NCBI GenBank assembly: GCA_964016885.1
Contig: OZ024757.1
Location: forward strand, 20,460,001-20,524,000
DNA length: 64,000 nucleotides
Origin: Eledone cirrhosa
Lineage: Eukaryota
Direction: 5' to 3'
Shown here: positions 56,644 through 64,000 of the stretch, one piece after another
Layout: every line of letters starts with the position of its first letter
Numbering within the stretch: the stretch's first letter is position 1
Made by a program: the position numbers and the translations under genes
Notes under the pieces: model-generated
Database searches by the model: none
Seen by the model: only the letters and a program-made list of their open reading frames with translations
Told to the model about the DNA's origin: nothing

Positions 56644-56680
<37 letters not shown>

Positions 56681-57350
56681 CACATACATTATATATACAT
56701 ACATACACATACATTATATATACATACACACACATACATTATATATACATACATATATATATATACATACACATACATTATATATATATACACATACATT
56801 ATATATATATATATACACATACATTATATATATATATATATACATACACATACATTATATATATACATATATACATACACATACATTATATATACATACA
56901 TACACATACATTATATATATATATACACATACACATACATTATATATATATACATACACATACATTATATATATATATACATACACATACATTATATATA
57001 TATATACATACATACACATACATTATATATATATATATATTTACACATACATTATATATACATACACATACATTATATATATATATATATATATACATAC
57101 ATACACATACATTATATATACATACATACACATACATTATATATATATATATATATATATACACATACATTATATATATATATATACATACACACACATT
57201 CATGTCTTTACCTTTCACACACACACATTCTTTTCTATACCTTTCACACACACACATTCATGTCTTTACCTTTCACACACACACACACACACATTCTTTT
57301 CTATACCTTTCACACACACATTATTCTTTTAGCTTTCACACACACACACA
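56520..57350. repeat. Compound (TA)n/(CA)n satellite
   Basis: catacacatacattatatata units. Confidence 0.95.
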
Positions 57351-57559
57351 TTGCCCAAGGACAACCTAATAGTAAATCAAGTGAGTTTTCATGACATACG
57401 TATACACAATATCATACATATAAATACTGATACACAATATCATACATATACATATACACAATAACATACATACATACAAAATTACTGAGCTGACTTTTAG
57501 ATATTAAAAAAACTGATAATATTGATCAATATTTATGTTTCTATTTATTACTGATGGTC

Positions 57560-58588
57560 AGTGCTGGTCTTACCTATAAGCTATAAGCTTAGGGTCCACA
57601 TCCTCAGGGGCCTCATTTTTATAAATATATTTTTTATTTTATTATCAGTTTTAATTCATTAAACCATCAAAAATTATATATATATTATATAAATATATAT
57701 ATAATAATAACTATCCTAAAGAGATTACGCAATAGTGATTGCCGAAACACGAGAAGTGAATTTTTCACACATTGTCCACACGTCACCAAACATCTATTGC
57801 ATAACTACAAGGCTCCAGACTGATTCTTTGTAATTTTATTTTCAACCGAAAAACTTTGACTTTCGCAGTTATCTCCCTTACACCTCCCACACGCAGTCTA
57901 CTATTGCCTGTGTGAAGTGACCGAGTTTCTGCGCATCCGCGTTCGTACGGTTGTCCTTCCTGTTCCTATAACCATACACATCCCGAGCTGAAGATCCGCG
58001 AAGGTGAAACAATTGTTCTCGGTATGGTGAACTAACTGTTGTGTCACCACTTCTACCTAACTCGTCCCTTGGACTGAGTGCTCTACCACTACGGATATTA
58101 CCTTCCAGTGTTCCACCACTATATAATATATATATATATCATCATCATCACCATCATCATTTCATTTTACGTCCGCTTTTTCCCTGCTTGCAAGGGTGGG
58201 ACGGGAACTGATTCTGGCTTGATTTCTACAGCTGGATGCCCTTCCTAACACCAACCTCATTTACATATATATATATATATATATAATTGTTTCTACTTTA
58301 GGCACAAGGCCAGCAATTACCCAGTGCATTACTGGATAATATAATATTAAATATTCCGAGAAAATTTCTGTCAAGTGCTTCTAATCTCTTGTAAAATTGT
58401 ATTTGTTGAATAATCAACGAACCATATTAATCTTTGGTTATATATATATATATATAAAATTTAATTTTGTAATCATTAATAGATAATAATCATGTATAAT
58501 TATTTAAAATCATTTCACCTCAATTGTTTTAAGAGAAGGGCTTCGAATTTCATATAGATTAGGGCTTCAACAAGTGAAAGTTCAGCCC
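57560..58588. mobile_element. Possible hAT-type MITE with nested insertions; right end repeated in reverse at about 36285-36430
   Basis: Degenerate cagtgctgg../..cagccctg termini; 58460-58588 matches the reverse complement of 36285-36430; no clear TSD. Confidence 0.4.
57971..58028 (+). ncRNA. Minimal type I hammerhead motif
   Basis: accata..ccgag CTGAAGA t-cc-gcgaa-gg-t GAA ACAATTGT T ctcgg tatggt; palindromic stem III, extended stem I, weak stem II. Confidence 0.7.
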
Positions 58589-59258
58589 TGGTGGTACTGG
58601 TGCAAAACCTCAGCCTTATTTGAAACAAAATGATAATCATCATCATTGTTTAATGCTCGCTTTCCCTGCTAGCAAGGGTTGGATGAGTCTACATAGACCA
58701 AGTCAGTACTTAAGTAGGGCTACTGATCTCCCAGACAGGCCAGGGTTCTGTGTCTTGCTTATCTATGGTCTCACGTTCCACCAAGTGCTCAGGAGAAAGT
58801 TTATATTTATCAATGGTGGTGGTGCAATACCTCAGTCTTATTTGGCAGGAACTGAGAATGTGTAATGTGCATCAGTTTCTAAAGGGCAGCATTAGCGATA
58901 GAAGCAAAGTGAAATAGCGTAAGCCAAGATTGAAACCGGTTATTTGAGCTCACCTCAGCAAAATCTTGCTCAATTAATTATATAGTGAAATAAGTATTTA
59001 AACCTACAACACCTGTTGATAATTGTTGTTGCTTTGAATACTTGGATGAGTTCTAAGAATTATTTACATTTTAATAAATCATAAATACTGGTCTCCACAT
59101 GTTTATGGAAGGGCCGATAATGGTAGAACTGAATGCAATTTTAGAGAGATGATTTCAATGGAATCATTTAGTGAGAGCTATGGTTTTTGTATTAGGCTCT
59201 CATTGTATAAGGAAGGTTCCATCCAAGATTCTACTCTAGCTACAGAGTCATTTATACA

Positions 59259-59443
59259 TATGTGTGTGTATTGAACAATAAAAATAAAACAAAAATCGAA
59301 GATAGGTTATTAATTAGTTCATTGTTTTATGATCATTTCAGAGGGTTGATCAATCAACCCTCTGAAAGGATCGTAAAACAAAGAATTAATTAAGAACCTA
59401 TCTTCAATTTTTGTTTTATTTTCATTGTTTAATACACACATAT
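59259..59443. repeat. Inverted repeat (arms about 90 bp, 2-nt centre) carrying hammerhead 3' halves
   Basis: Core tttcagagggttgat-ca-atcaaccctctgaaa; arms read GAA ATGATCAT A and GAA AGGATCGT A; adjacent to (TA)n. Confidence 0.65.
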
Positions 59444-59447
59444 ATAT

Positions 59448-59505
<58 letters not shown>

Positions 59506-59912
59506 AAAATTAAATTAAAGGTTGATTGACATATATATATATAAAATATATATATATCAAACATTGACAGGGGATAATTTGTAAAACATGTAAACACATA
59601 TAGTTATGAAGGTAGCATATTAAAATTTAACGAGAATTTTGAATAATGATTAATCTCCTTTGTATACATTCCATTAAAGAAATATATTGCACCATTAATA
59701 GGTGAATCAGGGATGTTTAAATCCTGGATCATCAGCAAAGGAGAGGATGTCAATGTTTGATATATTTAGTTTTTATATATGCATGTCAATTGACCTTTAA
59801 TTTGATTTTTAATAAATGGTCGAATTTATTCCTTGGAATCTCTGAGCTTCTACAGAAGATATGGTGCATGTTTCTGATCTTCTCAGACATAACATCTTTA
59901 ATTTTTTTAGTG

Positions 59913-59944
<32 letters not shown>

Positions 59945-60593
59945 ATTGTTTCTACTTTTGGCACAAGGCCAGCAATTATCCCAGAGCATTACTGGTACTT
60001 TATTTTGTAGGGACTCTGGTGGCTGAGCTCTTGCCGTTTCAATAGCATATATAGATATATATGCATGCATTTCTATGCTATTGTTTATAGCAATTGACTG
60101 TGGCTACAATAATTTCCTGCATCTAAGAACTTCAAATCTAACCAAACACTTCAATAAGTCATATTTACAATGTTGTTTAGAAAAAGTTAAAGTCTGTCCC
60201 AAGCCCAAAGTCTGACTGGTGTTTGGTGTTAAATGACTGAGAGAACAAAACTTTTCCCTTGAACAGGATGCCAGTCCATTACAGGGTTAACTCTCCAATT
60301 TTTTCTGATACTCATTTTCAGCTAAGTGTACTGGAGCAACATCAAATGATATCCTTTGCTCAAGAATGCATCCTGTCTAGGAATTGAACCCACAGCATTA
60401 GCTTGACCTTGAAATAATTGTTTCTACTTTTGGCACAAGGCCAGCAATTATCCCAGTGCATTACTGGTACTTTATTTTGAAATAATGAAAGGCAAAGTTA
60501 ACTAATTGGAACTCAGGGTGCAGAAAGCTGGAACAATACTTTGTGGTGTCTGTTCCAATGTTGTGTGAGTGCATGTATGATTTACATTAAAGA

Positions 60594-61068
60594 CAGCGAT
60601 TCTCAACCAGTGTTCCCCAAAACCCTAGGGTGTTGCAAGAGGTCATTAGGGATTCCGTGAAAAACGGTCGTAAATAAGCTAATGCAGTTTTGATTAATTT
60701 TCGTTTCTTTTTATATTTGTAATTTTGCTCTACATGTGCAGCACATTGTTGGAAAATCCCTGCTTATCATAATAAAGTCTTCAACTTCTAAAAGAGATAT
60801 TAATAATTGTTTCTACTTTAGGCACAAGGCCAGCAATTATCCAGTGCATTACTGGTACTTTATTTTATCGACCCCGTAAGGATGAAAGGCAAAGTCAACC
60901 TCGGCGGGATTTGAACTCAGATCGTAAAGGGACGTAACTATGCTGGAAAGCATGGCGTCCGACCCTCTGATATTAATAATGGTATATAATGATTTTTATG
61001 CAGGGATTCCTTGTGACATGAAAACTATTTCAAGGGTTTTACAAGGGTAAAATGGTTGAGAAATGCTG
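60594..61068. mobile_element. hAT/Charlie-like MITE with a nested SINE (about 60805-60968)
   Basis: TIRs cagcgattctcaacc / ggttgagaaatgctg; imperfect cattaa-containing TSD; nested SINE flanked by gatattaataat duplication. Confidence 0.7.
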
Positions 61069-61269
61069 CATTAAGCATACACATTTACCTTAAAGGAGCT
61101 ACAAAAAAGAATGATAAATAATATTTTGTCTTGCCTTAAGAATTATATGTTAAAATATGAATTTATAAAATGAATTGTAGTTGAAAATGTGTGCTGTTTA
61201 TATCTTTTACTAAAATATATCAGCATATCCTGCTTCAACTTAGTTTCCTCAGCTCTGCTTTTGATAAAG

Positions 61270-61497
61270 GGATATTATCTGGAAATATTTGTGTCTACTT
61301 TAGGCACAAGGCCAGCAATTACCCAGTTCATTACTGGTACTTTATTTTATTGACCCCCGTAAGGATGAAAGGCAAAGTCAACCTCGGCGGGATTTGAACT
61401 CAGATCGTAAAGGGACGTAACTATGCTGGAAAGCATGGCGTCCGACCCTCTACCGATACTGCCAATCCACCGCCTGTGGATATTATCTGGAAATATT
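61270..61497 (-). mobile_element. Full-length Deu/Nin-like SINE with a 20-bp target-site duplication
   Basis: TSD ggatattatctggaaatatt at 61270-61289 and 61478-61497. Confidence 0.9.
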
Positions 61498-62361
61498 AAG
61501 GGCTAATTAAAACACCTCCAAGGTAATATTCCAACATGTTTGTTATCGTTATTTTTAACATTTAATGTCCTATTTGCATAGCTGTAGCGCTCTAAATACT
61601 CACAATAAATTATATAGTTGATATGAAGCCCTGTGATATATATTAATAAATGACTAAGTATTTCAGAAAGTCAGTACAATGTGGTAGAAATATATAAAGG
61701 GCAAAGGATGACAAATAAAACAAAACCCAGTATATTTCAACATGATATTTCAGGGTTATTACCCTCTTTATATTAAAAATTGCGATATATTCCGGCTTTA
61801 AAACCTTAAATCTATAACTGGCATTGTCTTTCAGCCATTCAAGACAGTTCTATGAACTCTAAAAGCATATAATAAATTTTATTAAGAATCTGTTTATTTG
61901 TATAGAAAGCCATGGCATGCAAATGGGTTAGATTGCCAAGGGAATTGAGAGAAAAAGCAAAATAAAAGAAAGGATGAAGGATTGAAAGTTACCTTAGCAA
62001 TTTATTATTCCCCAAATCTTTTATCAAATGCATTATCAAAGAGGGAGTGGACCATAGATTGCTAAGGTAACTTTCTATCATTCGTTCTTTCTCTCTCTCT
62101 CAATTCCTTTCTGATTACCTTGGCATTCTATATATAGAAAGCACAGCTTACTATATAAACAGACTTTACAGTTTCATACTCCACAATGCTTCAAGTAAAC
62201 TATCACATCTTTATATATATATATTAAGAATTACAATGTATCCTAGCTTTAAAACATTACATATGTATCATCGACTTTCAGACACTAAACACATTTCTAC
62301 CAACTCTACAAATGTAATCGTAAAAGGAAAAAGGGAGAAATATATTTATTTATATACTTAC

Positions 62362-64000
62362 AACTTGCATCTTCTTCTTTGCTTATCTTTGACAAAGCAA
62401 GACTGCTGTAAGGCATACTTGATTGAGTATTGGATCGTACCATATTTTGAGTGTAGCTTTGGCTGAGCATGCTTGGGTTATAAGCAGTCATGGGGTAAGT
62501 GAAGCGAGATGATGAGTGAGAGCTATTGCTTGGTGTAGGGGAGGAGGGTTGCTCATGAGGGCTATTGACTTGTGAATATGAATTTGTGCGTGTCAAATCT
62601 TCTGAGATTGTGTGGTGATTGCTTGAATAGAGACACTCAGACTGTGTGGACCTGATGCTGTTTGAACGGTGCAAACCCATGTTAGGATTTTGTGCCATTT
62701 GATGAGCTAAGATTCGACAGCTAGCACTGCTTAATGCGCGGGCCTGCTGTAGCTGTGCCTGGATACTAGAAGCTGTTGAAGATATGGATTCCATACTTTC
62801 AGTTTCTGACAACTGCATAGGGCTGTGCCCACCAACGGAACTCAAATTCCCGTTGCTGGTTTTCAACCATGGGTTATTAGCAGATGCTGAATGTCGAGGA
62901 CTTGAATAATCTAAAGATATATAATTTGAATAACCCTGATGACACTGATTATGAGTAGCGTATGTACGGCCAGAAGAGTCATGTTTACTATATGTGGCAT
63001 GTGGATTCGATATTATTGTGCTGTTACACAGACCTTCCCCATTTTTGTTGCCCATGCTATTACGACTGCTCAGCAGTTTCCTTCCTAAAGTATTTGACTT
63101 ATAAAGTTCGGAATCAGTTTGTGAAGAACTGGTAGACTTGGAGGTATTGTTTCCAGATTTCTTTCTCCTTTCCAAGGTCGAGTTAGTGTAAGCATCGGGA
63201 CCTGCATCAGACATTGACATACCGCTCGGTTTCGGAGCACTTCCAGGACGAGGAATTGACGTTATCGGAACTTCGTAACCTCCATTACGTCCATCGGAAG
63301 ACCGGTCTCCATGTTTTACCATTCTTCCAGGAACTGAGTCTTTCGATCCATTACTCTTGTTGCTACCCACCGACGACGAGCTAGCATTGCTAAGTGGCCG
63401 CCTGTAGCCATAGTTATTCACATTCATCCCATTATTAATGCTCCCCCCATTATTGCCATTGTTACTACCATTCATTCCATTCTGGTGAACCTTTTTCATA
63501 CTGGCATCCATCAAACACGATTGATCGGTGTTTGTTTCAGAATCTCTCTTACTAGAATAACGGTCACTATCGCAGAAACTAGAACTAGTATGTAGACTAA
63601 TACCGAGGTCAGACTGACTAACACTGGTCAGCTTCCTTAACGGCCCAACTGAGCCATCAGGTTTCCGCCAATGAGTATGGTCAAAACTGCTGTACACGTA
63701 AGCACTCTCACCAGAATCAGACCCTCCTCCATAGGGTTTGTTTTGAGGCTGAGAATATTTCCTCCAGCTGGACACTAAGTGACTTGGACTCTGATAATCT
63801 GAAGACAAAATGCTGGGACCATGTATTCCAAAACGTTTGTTCGTCAGTGGAACTGTACCATTGATCATAGTACGAGAACCTTCTTTGGGAGTCCTCTTCA
63901 AACTGCTATATGGATTTGTACTGTCTGAGCAGTTGGAACCTCCAGTGAGATTCTCGTCTGTGCTTATCTCAGCAATGGTATCACTTATATCCCCACTGCT
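62362..64000 (-). CDS. NAV2: Neuron navigator (NAV/sickie/unc-53 family) large Ser-rich internal exon, partial; continues beyond the window end
   Basis: Open frame from the window end: SSGDISDTIAEISTDENL resembles the NAV motif SSGISDT.DN.STDD, and LHRSNSIRSTQSE.LY and ESMESISSTASSIQAQ are navigator/sickie-like. Donor GTAAGT (plus-strand acttac 62356-62361) gives phase 1, matching the next exon. The NAV2 label is nominal; this is probably a single invertebrate co-orthologue. Confidence 0.9.

Noticed and set aside
62306-62361. C-terminal CKYINKYISPFFLLRLHL* of the 531-aa ORF, and its start at 63901
   Set aside because: Read-through into the intron past the GTAAGT donor; the frame is also open upstream of 63901, so this is an internal exon

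Overview
Eukaryotic, AT-rich, microsatellite- and retroposon-dense DNA whose SINE/RTE repeat families look like those of an octopod cephalopod (inference). One protein-coding gene is recognisable, on the minus strand: a neuron navigator (NAV1-3 / sickie / unc-53 family) homologue. It has four phase-consistent exons (62362->64000, 56253-56305, a 24-nt microexon 53266-53289, and 47633-47707), followed by an apparent intron of more than 47.6 kb that runs off the left end. Nearly all long ORFs in the supplied track are microsatellite artefacts or decayed LINE fragments. The most notable unannotated signal is a set of type I hammerhead ribozyme motifs: six with an intact CUGAnGA/GAAA core and several degenerate or half copies. 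They lie in short non-coding units, usually next to (TA)n and often built as fold-back inverted repeats, some folding exactly at ribozyme stem II. They resemble non-autonomous Penelope-like or retrozyme-like elements. A second theme is repeated internal tandem amplification of SINE/LINE segments (units of 45, 49, 61, 111 and 112 bp), plus an unassigned 109-bp array.
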